Origin: a virus
Lineage: Duplodnaviria; Heunggongvirae; Uroviricota; Caudoviricetes
DNA: 36,684 bases
Reading direction: 5' to 3' (one strand)
IMG/VR virus record: IMGVR_UViG_3300031998_000033
Coordinates: 1 to 36,684 of that record
Part shown: positions 20,299-29,944 of the stretch, one piece after another
Position numbering within the stretch: the stretch's first letter is position 1
Layout of the letters: the number at the start of each line of letters is the position of its first letter
The notes under the pieces: model-generated
Databases searched by the model: none
What the model saw: only the letters and a program-made list of their open reading frames with translations
What the model was told of the DNA's origin: nothing
Translations under genes and position numbers: made by a program

Positions 20299-20934
20299 TC
20301 ATGTTACCATAGACGCCGTATCCAGCCTGAAATGCCGTATGACAAAATCAGGAACGTCGCGCCCTGAACATCCGTACGCGCCTATCGGATCCTGCCATAG
20401 AAACGTATCCATATACTGCAGCCTATACCCCTCGAGCACGTCACGCCGCCTGAATCTTGTTTTCAGCGACTTCCACGGCAATACAAGATTCGTCTGTCCA
20501 GACGCGGGTAGATCTTCCGGAAGACGGACATCCCTGGCCCATTCCGTAAATTTAAACGCAGAATCCGGCTTCGGGCTTCGATATCGCCGTTCGTCAAACA
20601 GGATTTCGGCGTACGACAATATGTATTCTGCATGCTCGCGGCACATCCGCGTCCACCGGCTCGCTCTTGAAGTATAGTATTTCATCTGCGGATGTTTGCG
20701 AAAAGGCCAATCTGGAAACAGCCTGTCCATCGCATCGGCTTTCCGTTCCGGCGCGAAATAATATTGGTATGCCCGCTTGCTTCTTATCCCTGACGCATAA
20801 AACCTGACGTCGACAAGCGCCGCCATGCACCCTTCGATAGTCTTATCAAGCGCGGCGTCGCACAGGTATTCCGCCGACTTCCTTAAATCCCGGTCGAGAA
20901 ACCAGATCTAAACGTTCGCAGGCTTGAATTTCAT
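20299..20934 (-). CDS. pyrimidine-dimer DNA glycosylase / endonuclease V-like protein (divergent)
   Basis: With read-through the N-terminus is V(TAG)IWFLDRDLRKSAEYLCDAALDKTIEGCMAAL, resembling NIF.LD.DP..AA..hCDKHV.KMI.E; also KHP...W.R and YRLQY; ATGA overlap with upstream gene. Confidence 0.45.
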
Positions 20935-21992
20935 GCGCGTACGGCGTTCGCCCTGTCCGAAAATACGTTGCCGTCCCAATATGACATGGCCGTCGTAAAC
21001 CAGCGAAGCTGCTCCATGTTTATCGGCGCGAACCCGTGATAGTCTGTTCCGATATCAAAACCGTTGCGCTTTGCAAAATCGCGGCCATGGATATGTCCGA
21101 ACAAGACAATGTCGTCTTTGCCGGCGTCGATCGGAAAATCGTTAGGCTCGTGCACGACGACATACCGCCTGCCGTTGTCCGTAAACGAATACTGGCTCTC
21201 ATGAATTTCGATGTCGCGTCCCGATTCCAGCACAGCTTTCTGTATTTTGTCCAGACAGCCGCGGTCCCAGTTTCCGAGCACCCAATGCAGCTTTTTGAAA
21301 TTAAGGTTTCCGAGATACTCCGCCAGTTTGGAATCGACAAAAACCGGATCCATAAAATCGCCGCCGTGGACCACTATGTCGTTCATCGTGACACGCTTGT
21401 TCCAATTCGAGACGATCTCCATGTCCATTTCGTCGACATTCAGGAATGGACGGCGCGAAAGATCGAGCGTCCGCTTCTGGCGGAAATGGGTGTCTGACGT
21501 AAACCAGACGTTCTTCGGCGCATTAAGCGACAGAACCGCCGCGGCGAGAAGGCTTTCCAACGTGCAATGCCTGGATTTGCCGCAATTCGTGAGCTTTATC
21601 TGCATATATTCGTTATGCTCGGCGCCGTCCGGCCATCCGACGAATACATGCGGCTCCTTATACCATTCCCCGAATTCGAAATTAGTCGTCAGCGCGGGAA
21701 ACTTCTCGTTCCGCGGAACCCAGAATACAATAGCCGACGCAGTATGCAATGCGGCATTTTCCCATGCGACCTGCCTGCTCCTTACGGCGTCTTCGCCGAC
21801 TTTTGACAGTAAATGGCCATATTCCGCGTTAGTCGGATTCATGACGGCACCGGAAAAGCCGAGCCGGTCTAGTATCTCAAACGCCTGAAACCGCCAGTCG
21901 TCCGAATAATCCAATCTCGGACACGGACCGGCCAGAAAAATCGAATTACGCGCGTCGAGAAGACTCGCAAAAGGTTTTATTATATTTGCCAT
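20931..21992 (-). CDS. fusion: nucleoside 2-deoxyribosyltransferase-like domain + calcineurin-like metallophosphoesterase
   Basis: IFLAGP...DWR...NP...Q.AWE...IVFWVP...TNFEFG; then FTSDTHF, RPF..V.EM...NWN, GGDF, GNWD, HEP, GHIH, GFDIG. Confidence 0.8.
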   Translation of the reverse strand: MANIIKPFASLLDARNSIFLAGPCPRLDYSDDWRFQAFEILDRLGFSGAVMNPTNAEYGHLLSKVGEDAVRSRQVAWENAALHTASAIVFWVPRNEKFPALTTNFEFGEWYKEPHVFVGWPDGAEHNEYMQIKLTNCGKSRHCTLESLLAAAVLSLNAPKNVWFTSDTHFRQKRTLDLSRRPFLNVDEMDMEIVSNWNKRVTMNDIVVHGGDFMDPVFVDSKLAEYLGNLNFKKLHWVLGNWDRGCLDKIQKAVLESGRDIEIHESQYSFTDNGRRYVVVHEPNDFPIDAGKDDIVLFGHIHGRDFAKRNGFDIGTDYHGFAPINMEQLRWFTTAMSYWDGNVFSDRANAVRA

Positions 21993-21998
21993 AATTAT

Positions 21999-22004
21999 AT
22001 TATA
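21999..22004 (-). promoter_or_regulatory. putative -10 (TATAAT) 6 nt upstream of ATG 21992
   Basis: AAGA-TATAAT-ATAATT-ATG with no SD. Confidence 0.45.
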
Positions 22005-22353
22005 TCTTAACGGCGTCGTCTTCTGTCGGCTTTTCTTTTTCCATGCCCGTTATCTCCAGAAAATTCGCGCGTAAAAACGACCTGAATGAATTCTTTTCGA
22101 CGTCCCAATATATAAACCGTTTCGGGTTATACTTGGCGCGTCTCTTGACACGATATCTAGGCAACATATCCGGACGCAGCGTCCCGCGCGCGGTCCTTAC
22201 GGAATCGTCGGACTTCTTCCTGTATTTAAACTTGACAATGCCTTTTTTCAGCATCCTGCGCAGACGCTAAGACTCCGCCCCAGAAAGATCTTCGCACAAT
22301 GCGATAAGTCTTTCTATTTCTATCGTATCAAATATACCGTCCAAGTCGATCAT
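22000..22353 (-). CDS. SH3/WYL-like beta-barrel (DUF2693-type) phage protein
   Basis: GIVKFKYRKKSDDSVRTARGTL...YWDVEKNSFRSF; ATG 22353 via one TAG. Confidence 0.65.
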
Positions 22354-22388
22354 GTTATTATTTACTCGAAAACGGCATGCCGGCGGCG

Positions 22389-23063
22389 TCAATTATAGAC
22401 ACGGCGGCATTTGAATACGATACTCCACGTCCCATCTACGGCAGCTACGTCATCTACGACGTCCGTCGCGCCGTTTTTTCCTATACGCCTTGTCGGAGAC
22501 ACATCTCCGTACGCGCCGCATCCGCATCCGAACGTGCCTGCGGCCCTGCCGGACGCCCGCCGCAAATATTTCTTGGACGGATGAAATACACCGCGGCCGG
22601 ACGCCATTACGTAAAGCGCGTTGTCTTCGTCGAACTCGCCCATATTATAGCTTGGCTCGGCTTCGAAGTAAAAGCAGACACTGGCCGTGTCGAATTTCCC
22701 CGTCTTATTGTTTCCGATCGCGTTGAACCTCGGATATACGACGTCACCGAGCCTCGTGTCGGGATACGTCAGAAGCCGGCCGTCCGAAAGCCGGTGCGTC
22801 CTGTTAGTCATGCCGGCGAAAGCGATATCGACAAGTTCGCCGGCCATGTCATACCGTATCAGCATTTCGCCCGTTATCCGCTGCGTCTGATATACGCGAC
22901 GGCCAAGCGATTTCGCATTGTCATACACACGCGGAATCCTCAAGACCATCTTGAACTAATATGTGTCTTCGGTAACAAAACCAACCGGCGCGCGCGATGG
23001 ACCGGCGCCGAGTAAAAACAAACTGAAAACCAACAGGTATTTTATGTATTTTTTAGCCGACAT
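22389..23063 (-). CDS. secreted/periplasmic hypothetical protein
   Basis: GGAGG RBS, signal peptide MSAKKYIKYLLVFSLFLLGAG..., one TAG, CGCG motif; ends TGA. Confidence 0.65.
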
Positions 23064-23127
23064 TGCAACCTCCGTCCAGCGGCGCATACCGCATGTAAAT
23101 ATTTACCGGAGTTAGCGATGCCGACAC

Positions 23128-23880
23128 TTATCTGAAAATCGCAGTTGTCTTATCGCCAAAATCGCCGATTACGGTACAACAGACATTCTAATGCTTGGAC
23201 AAACGCTCATCGCTGGAAATTTTCTTCCAAACCTCATCGTACGTCAATGTATCCGCCGCATATTTACGAAGCGCTATCGTAAACTCGCCGCCGCTTGATG
23301 ATCCATAACTATATGAATTGTCCTGGCATCCGCTCCAGCATAGCATCCCAACCGACGAGCGGGCCTTTAATCCGGATTTAGCGGCGCCTGTCAGCCTTAT
23401 GCCGGGAGACCTAAACATCGTTTGGCTATGGCAGCAGTCGAATATGAGAAACACGCGTCCTTTCGCGGAACTTACGATATTCCAGATGTCGTTGTCCAAA
23501 ACGCCTTCATCATAGCAGCAGATGTATTCATCCCGGCCGTCGGTTTCGAACGGATCGGAGGACTTCATGCTTCCGCCATGGCCGCTAAAGTATATTATGG
23601 CGAAATTGGATTGTACGGCGTCTTTCATCGCAGACGTCACAGCCTTAGCCGTAGCCTTACTATCCTTCAGCAGCGTGATCTTGGACGAATACGGCTTAAG
23701 CGCCTAGACCATATCGTCGGCATCTTTCAACGTACCATCGCATTTCCCGGCGTATCCGTTTTCCACGCCAATAACAACGGCCGCAGCGCCATTTAAGTCC
23801 CCGCCAGTCCCTGGCTTAAAAATGTTAACACAACCGGCAACAAACATAATGATTGCCAAAATGCAGACAAAAAACTTCAT
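23128..23880 (-). CDS. caspase-family (peptidase C14, metacaspase-like) lipoprotein
   Basis: AAAGGAG RBS; MKFFVCILAIIMFVAG-C lipobox; VIGV, DADDM, AT, FSGHG (catalytic His), DE.ICCYD, LIFDCCHS (catalytic Cys), SGC.D..YSY, GGEFT; 2 TAGs; ends TAA. Confidence 0.8.
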
Positions 23881-23994
23881 GTCTTTTTTCTCCTTTACAA
23901 TATTTTATCTATGGTATTTTATCCGAAAAACCTAAAAAATTCTAATCCCAGCATATTCTGCTAAACAAGCTTCATATCTGCTTTTTTTGTTAAA

Positions 23995-24693
23995 TTATAT
24001 CTTAAAAATCAACTTGCTTCTATTCACATCAGTTAAAACAGTATTGGCTGGAACTAGCCATTCTTGCTCATCATATTCTATAGCTTCATTCACTCTGAAG
24101 TCTTTGACATCTCTATCATACTAATATTTTAGAAGTTCTTCATTTGGATAATTCTTGTAAACATATATATATCCATCAAGTAGTGCACCAAACCAGTTTT
24201 TATTGTGGTGGTCAATGCCATACTTATCGCAGATTTTATCCATATTGAAATCTGTAACTATCTATTCTATGACTTTTATAAAGTATGACAAATCAAAAAG
24301 CTTGATAGAACATGACTAGATAGTCATAACATAATCATCTCCATCAGCAAAATTTGAAGCTGCTACCCAATCTGTTGAAAATGATGATATATGTTTCAAT
24401 GCACATTTATCAAGTGCTAATGCTTTATTCTTCTAATCTCTGGTCAACCCTCTATAGAGTTTGCTTTTCACAAATGAGCCATATGCTTTTATTGCTTTGT
24501 CTAATAGCTTGTCGCTTATTCTATCATCACATTGGTATTGGCATAAGTCAGTGATGTCTTGCGCTGTAAGTGCTCTAGCAGAAAATAAAGCATTGTCTTT
24601 AACCATTTTGCATATAGCATCATAAATCTAATGATATATTTTGTAATATTCAACATTATCTATTATGTTTGGATAATATTTCTTAAAGCTCAT
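23995..24693 (-). CDS. T4 ModA/ModB-like NAD+:arginine ADP-ribosyltransferase (232 aa; absent from the standard-code track)
   Basis: ATG overlaps the nrdG stop (TGATG); open frame with 5 TAGs to TAA 23995; R-S-E class motifs LYRG, ISSFST, ASNFA and DEQEWLVPA. Confidence 0.75.
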
Positions 24694-25172
24694 CAGAAAT
24701 CTTCTCCTCTCTTCAAGATCCTCTGATTTCTGCTTCCTCTAAAAGGGATGCTCAGATCTTTCTGCTCTTTGACAAATGGCCCATCAACAAGCACATCAAT
24801 ATACTTCAAAATGTCTTTCATGCTGTCATCAGCCTGTATCTCTTCAAGAGTGTAGCCTGACCACAGCCACTGGTCTTTGTCTGGAAACCTCTCGCGGATC
24901 TCCTTCGCAAGCGCTATCACCTGCTTCCTGTTGTCCGACAGCCTAGACAGCGGCTCCCCGCCGAGGAACGATACGCCTCTGCACCACGGCTCCTGCATTT
25001 CTTTGAAGATCTTCTCCTTCGCGGCCTCGTCGAACGGCCTGCCGAACTTCTCGTCCTGCGCCTCGGGGTTGAAGCACCCCGGGCATTTCCTGGCGCACCC
25101 GCTGACGAAAAGAGAAACACGAAAACCCGTCCCATTGGCAATATCCGCCCTTGTTATCGAAGCGTAATTCAT
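24693..25172 (-). CDS. nrdG: anaerobic ribonucleotide reductase activase (radical SAM)
   Basis: NGTGFRVSLFVSGCARKCPGC (CxxxCxxC), LGGEPL, VLVDGPF, FRGSRNQRI. Confidence 0.95.
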   Translation of the reverse strand: MNYASITRADIANGTGFRVSLFVSGCARKCPGCFNPEAQDEKFGRPFDEAAKEKIFKEMQEPWCRGVSFLGGEPLSRLSDNRKQVIALAKEIRERFPDKDQWLWSGYTLEEIQADDSMKDILKYIDVLVDGPFVKEQKDLSIPFRGSRNQRILKRGEDF

Positions 25173-25174
25173 AA

Positions 25175-26263
25175 TCAGGCCTCCAATCCGTTGTGCTTGA
25201 CTCGATGCTCGACCTCATCCTGCTTGCCAAAGTTGAAAGCCGTCTTATAATCGCCAGTCAAGTAGCCTGTCACGCGTCTTAACCGCTGCACCTTCTCGCT
25301 TCCGCACTTTGGGCAAGGTCCTGGAATGTCGCCCTAAAACCCGCATTCCGTACAGAGATCGCTCGGAACATTGATCGCGAAATACGGAATGTCCTTGTCC
25401 ATCGCATAGTTGACGAGCTCCTCCAACGCATCTATATTGTTAACAGCCGCGGAATCAAGCTCGACGTATGTGATGCAGCCAGCGCTCGAATACCCCGTCA
25501 GCTTCGACTCTACATCTATCTTCTCAAACGGCGTCATCTTCTTCCACACCGGCACGTGTATCGAATTGGTGAAGAAGTCGTGGTCCGAGACGTCCTTGAT
25601 CTCTCCGTACTTCTCCTTGAACTTCTTCATAGCGGTGTAGCAAAGGTTCTCCGCCGGCGTGTAGTATACGCCGAAATTCAGCTTGAGCTCCTTCTTGTAC
25701 TTCGCGCACTTGTCCTTGAACAGCTGCTCTATCCTCTGCGCGAGCTCCATGCCCTTCTCTTCGACATGGTCGCATCCTATCAGGATCTGCAGCGTCTCCG
25801 CGAGCCCGAGCTGCCCGACGACGAGCGTACCGTGCTTCAGCGCCGACCTAATGCCCTCTTCCGGCTTATATCCGTATATCGTCCCATTCTCGTACATGAA
25901 CTTCGCGGACTTGGCCGGCTGCGAGCATATCCAGTCGAACCGCTCGAGCAGCATGTCCTTAGCCTCGCCGATCTTCTTGTCGAGTAGCTTCAGGAACTCC
26001 TCGACCGGGTCGGTCTTGTTCTTCTCAGCCTTCTCCATGGCCTGCATTGCAAGAGTTGGCATGATGATGGTGACGGGGCAGATGTTCCCGCGCCCGTCTT
26101 TTTGATTAGCGGAATAATAACCTGTATCGTTTCCATTCAAACAGTCTGAAACAACTTGCTTAATGTCGAAATTAACGTCCCACCCATTGTAAGTACGACA
26201 GCCCATTGTTGACGTAACATTAAGCGGACTTACGTAATTATCGACTAATACCACTTTTTTCAT
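25175..26263 (-). CDS. nrdD: class III ribonucleotide reductase, C-terminal half (NrdD-b)
   Basis: Own GGAGG RBS and ATG 26263; STMGCRT (thiyl Cys), DGRGNICPVT, YYTPAENLC, FTNSIHVP, CTECGF(TAG)G...CPKC Zn site, RRVTGYL glycyl-radical loop; ends TGA 25175. Confidence 0.93.
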
Positions 26264-27390
26264 TAAAAAGTTCCTCCATTTGGTAAATTGCCAAATAATT
26301 GAGATTGTTAAGTTTTGCTGTCTTCCGTTTTACGACATCACTTCCAGCCCAAACTAAAACCTGCTATTGTTCAATCCAATTCTTCGGATTAATTTTACAA
26401 TGTTCTAAGTGCTCGATATGAATTGGATTATTTTCATCAAAAGGCTCAATATAATGTGTCGGAAAAAGATTCAATTCAATAAACAAATCAAGTGATTTAA
26501 TATAAAAATCGCAATTAAACGGATATCTAACATCATCTCTAAACTATCTAATAACATTGTCTTTACCATATACATCGCACAAATATTCATAACAATCTGT
26601 TTCAGGTTTACTTGTATTAAATGTATGATTAACGCGTTTAGAACATTGAATCTTATCTTGTATGCTTTTATTATTGCGCATGCTGTTTATTTCGTCAGAC
26701 GCAAGATAAAATTGAACGTTATATCTTTCCAGCATAGTACGCTTTGCTTTCTCTCTATCTCCGCGTACGCCATTTCCGCCATAACGCTGCTTACACGTCT
26801 CAGTCGCCTTATGCGCGTTATTCCAATTATAGTCTCCATATTTATTCAGCTTAGTCTGTTTTATCGACTGCTGATGGTGAGGATCTATGCATCCACATCT
26901 ATGACAACAATGATCGTTGTAGCCATTCTCATTCAAACTGTGTTTCCCCAAAAACGGAATAAGCTTGCCGCAAACTGGACAAATTGGCTTTGATTTCATG
27001 TTGAATACCAACCAATAAACCCTTTCAACATCAGATTCAGCGTTTGGAAACATCTTACGTAAACTGTTAACCAAATGTATATTGCTTTTATTTCTGGTCA
27101 ACCACGTATAATAACCTTTCGGACTTGCCCAGAAACGAGCTATTATTTCCTATTTATATTGTTCTTTCATGATGCTTCTATATTATATTTACCAATATAG
27201 ATTAGCATAACTTACGCCAATTATTCATCTATAACAGTAAACCCGAAAAGAGCTGCCTCTTTAGGGTTCTTTTCTACCCATTCAACTAGTCGCTGCATAT
27301 CTTGTTTTGACAAAGAATCAAGATATTTCTGTTTTTCATTTCGGTCAAATTCGATTCCAGTAATATCATTACTCCAATTTGTCGATACGT
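26105..27390 (-). mobile_element. AT-rich homing-endonuclease cassette with flanking co-converted nrdD sequence (boundaries approximate)
   Basis: Abrupt switch from C/G-ending codons to A/T-rich sequence near LYPNY (about 27390) and back near KDGRGN (about 26105); endonuclease ORF in the middle. Confidence 0.65.
26238..27170 (-). CDS. free-standing putative homing endonuclease (Zn-finger + repeat domain + C-terminal PD-(D/E)xK/Vsr-like nuclease), 310 aa
   Basis: ATG 27170; CPVC...HCCHRC, K.T.L.KYG/RYG repeats, SKPE, VIR(TAG)FRDDVRYPFNCDFYIKSLDLFIELN, DVVKRKTAKLNNLNY; 3 TAGs; ends TAA 26238, overlapping nrdD-b start by 26 nt. Confidence 0.75.
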
Positions 27391-28573
27391 AGTTGGGGTA
27401 AAGGCGCAACGATGTGGACTTGAGCGCGAGGCGGAAAAGGTCGTAGTTAGGGTCACCCTCTTTGCGGTTGACGCCCTTCATACACTGGAAAATGCCGCAC
27501 GGGAATATCGCGGTCTTATGGAACTTGCCGCATCCTTTGATGCTGCCCTCGATCAAGGCCTTGGTGACCATCCGGCCTTCCGGAAGAGTGCATGTCCCGT
27601 AATTGATGGACGTGAACGGAAGCTGGCAGCCGCTGCGGCTCTGGAGCGTGTTGAGGTTGTGATACATCCCCTCCACGGCCTGGTTCAGCTCTTCGACGGT
27701 TTTTTCCATCGCGTATTTATACGCCGGAAGCTCGTGGTTATACCAGTCCGAATCGATAGAAAGCTACTTTATCTCGTCCCTGGACAAAGGCGACTTGCCA
27801 GAATGCTCTTCTTTAATCTTTGACTTGCTCATCAGATCAATGAACCGCAAACCATCGAAGTAGTGCTTATGAAAGCTAAGTCTTACGTACGGCACCATCG
27901 TCCAGTCGAGGTGTGTGGCCGCGACGCCGCCGAACTGCTGCAGGCTCTGGAGCTGGAAGATCACCGCGACGAGCTGCATCGCGGTATTGATAGATCCGGC
28001 CGGCCTGACGTCGGTCTGCCTCGTGTTAAAGCCCTCCGCGAGGAGCTTGTCGAACGGTATGGAAAGGCAATTATGATTGCCAACCGCATATGCGTCGAGA
28101 TCATGGATATAGATCTCGTTATTGTTGTGGTTATGCCTGGCCTTTGTCGAGATAAGATGCTCGAGCGCATAGCTCTTCATCACATAGCTCGCGGCTTCGC
28201 CAATGCGCCCGCCAAAGCTGAACTCGTCGACATTCGCGTTCTAGTTCTAAATGTTGGATGCGGTCAACTTCTCGGTCAAAGCCTTGCTGGTCCTAACGCG
28301 CTCTTTTTCATAACGGTATGTAATATACTGTTTTGCGACCTCGTATCCCTACGCTTCCATAAGCTTACGCTCGATGGCGTCCTCAAGCGCATCAATGCCG
28401 ATGGGCTCCTCCATCGCCTCACATGCCGCAAATACAGTATCAGTAATGCGCGTTATCTGCTTTTTCGTCAGTCTGTCTTCTTCTGCTACCGCCATATTGG
28501 CGTTGCATATCGAATCGAATATTTTCTTTTTTGTAAGCAGTTCTGTTTTGCCGCTCCTTTTAACCACATTCAT
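27221..28573 (-). CDS. nrdD: class III ribonucleotide reductase, N-terminal half with ATP-cone (NrdD-a)
   Basis: GGAGG RBS, ATG 28573; VVKRSG ATP-cone, ASNI(TAG)N(TAG)NANVDEFSFGGR, IYIHDLD, GNHNCLSIP, QFGGV, HNLNTLQSRSG.QLPFTSINYG, IFP..IF, LYPNY; 4 TAGs; ends at true TAA 27221. Confidence 0.93.
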
Positions 28574-28589
28574 AATATCCTCCGGCACA

Positions 28590-28610
28590 GGTCATGGCAA
28601 AGCCATGACC
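28590..28610. promoter_or_regulatory. hairpin immediately upstream of the nrdD-a RBS
   Basis: GGTCATGGC-AAA-GCCATGACC perfect 9-bp stem, no U-tract. Confidence 0.35.
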
Positions 28611-28626
28611 GACGATCATTTAAAAC

Positions 28627-29040
28627 TCAGTTTATAAAAACCTCCGGCTGCGGCACAAGATCGGGAACTTGGCATCCGTTAAGGTCGAACATGAACTCCG
28701 CTCCGGCGACAGTGTTGTCGCTCTTGCAAATGGACAGCCTGATCTCGGTCGGCTCGTCGTTTTTCACCGCATGCCTTATATAGGCTATAAGCTGCGCGAC
28801 CTAAGCCAGTACAGTACGATCTCCGAACATTTTGATTTCCGCGTCTGCAAGCGTAATATTGCGCAGTACGTTGTTCTTAATCTATTCGTCCAAATCGCTT
28901 GCGGCCATCTCCTGCTCTTCGGCCTTATCCATTTCGGCTAGGCTCTATCCGGTTACATCTATGTCCGCATCTATGTCTACTACGTTAATTTCTTCCGTTT
29001 CAGCCGCAATGGCATTCTTCTCAAATTCTTCATTATTCAT
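28627..29040 (-). CDS. acidic hypothetical protein (137 aa; missed by standard code)
   Basis: MNNEEFEKNAIAAETEEINVVDIDADID...; open frame with 3 TAGs, ends TGA. Confidence 0.65.
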
Positions 29041-29199
29041 GTTTTATATTATTCCAATCTAGACACACGGACCTGACCGAATGAACAAACACTTATTACT
29101 TACTAAGTCTTCAAACTTCTGTATCCTGTAATTTTTATTTAGAAAATTTCTAGAAAATTTAAAAATTCTAAAAACTCATATTCGATTCATATACAAAAT

Positions 29200-29898
29200 T
29201 CAGATTTCAAACGTAAACGGACTGTATCTGACGCAATATGACTCATCTACCCGCGATACGTTAACAACAACCGTATTCCAAAGCTTAAACGGCTCATGCG
29301 ATCCACTATGTATATGACCGCATACGACATACCGCGGTTTTTTGTCGAACAATGCATCAGAGAGTTCAACTGAACCGAATTTCCTCGAGTCTTTTCCGTA
29401 TTCAAGCGATACGTCTCCGAAATAGCCCGGAAGATTCGGAGGACTGTGCGATATCAGAATATCTACATTTTTCGGAATATCCGCGAACTTACGGCTAAGC
29501 GTTCTCGAATCAGCCTCGAATGCCCACTGTCCGTTTATGACCGGCACCCAGGGAACTCCGTAGAACCTTATTCCGTTCACAACGGCCTATGAATCACAAA
29601 GGTATTTTACATTACCGGGCCAGTCTATATGCCAGTCTATTCCAGGATATTTCGAAGTAACGGCCTTGTCCAAACACAAATCATGATTTCCCGCTACGAC
29701 GACAAATATCGTATCTGAAAACTAGCCTGCCCATTTTCTGAACTTATAGTATATCCAATCGCGCTAATCTTTCGTCTGCCATTTGCCAAATCCCGTCTAA
29801 CGCGTAAAATCTCCAGCTATGACGCATATGTCATATCCTGAGACGTCAAGGCCTTCAAGCATACCGTGCATATCGGATATAGCGGCTATCTTAATCAT
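29200..29898 (-). CDS. calcineurin-like metallophosphoesterase
   Basis: ISDMHG, IAGDF, AGNHD, LISHSPP, VCGHIH; 4 TAGs in the N-terminal half. Confidence 0.88.
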
Positions 29899-29944
29899 AT
29901 TTTTATTGCTTTTCGCGATTGCGATAATTCAAACCGCCGCGTTC

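Noticed and set aside
26264-27220. Group I intron interrupting nrdD (an in-frame U|...G junction GAT|AAA is formally possible)
   Set aside because: The endonuclease ORF occupies all but 50 nt of the interval and overlaps the downstream exon, so there is no room for P3-P9 core elements. NrdD-b also has its own strong GGAGG RBS. Not fully excluded without RT-PCR.
26238-27390. Intein or split intein in NrdD
   Set aside because: No Cys/Ser-initiated intein N-block at the end of NrdD-a and no His-Asn C-terminal block before the NrdD-b catalytic region; the endonuclease is in a separate frame with its own start and stop.
27863-28783. Long plus-strand ORFs in the track (also 33507-34541, 2310-3140, 11371-12069; 5502-6290 on minus)
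   Set aside because: Antisense shadows of well-supported genes on the opposite strand, produced by GC-rich codon bias; no motifs or RBS.
29100-29199. AT-rich quasi-palindromic spacer (TAGAAAATTTCTAGAAAATTT) as origin or late promoter
   Set aside because: Single low-complexity occurrence; similar words elsewhere are too short to distinguish from chance.
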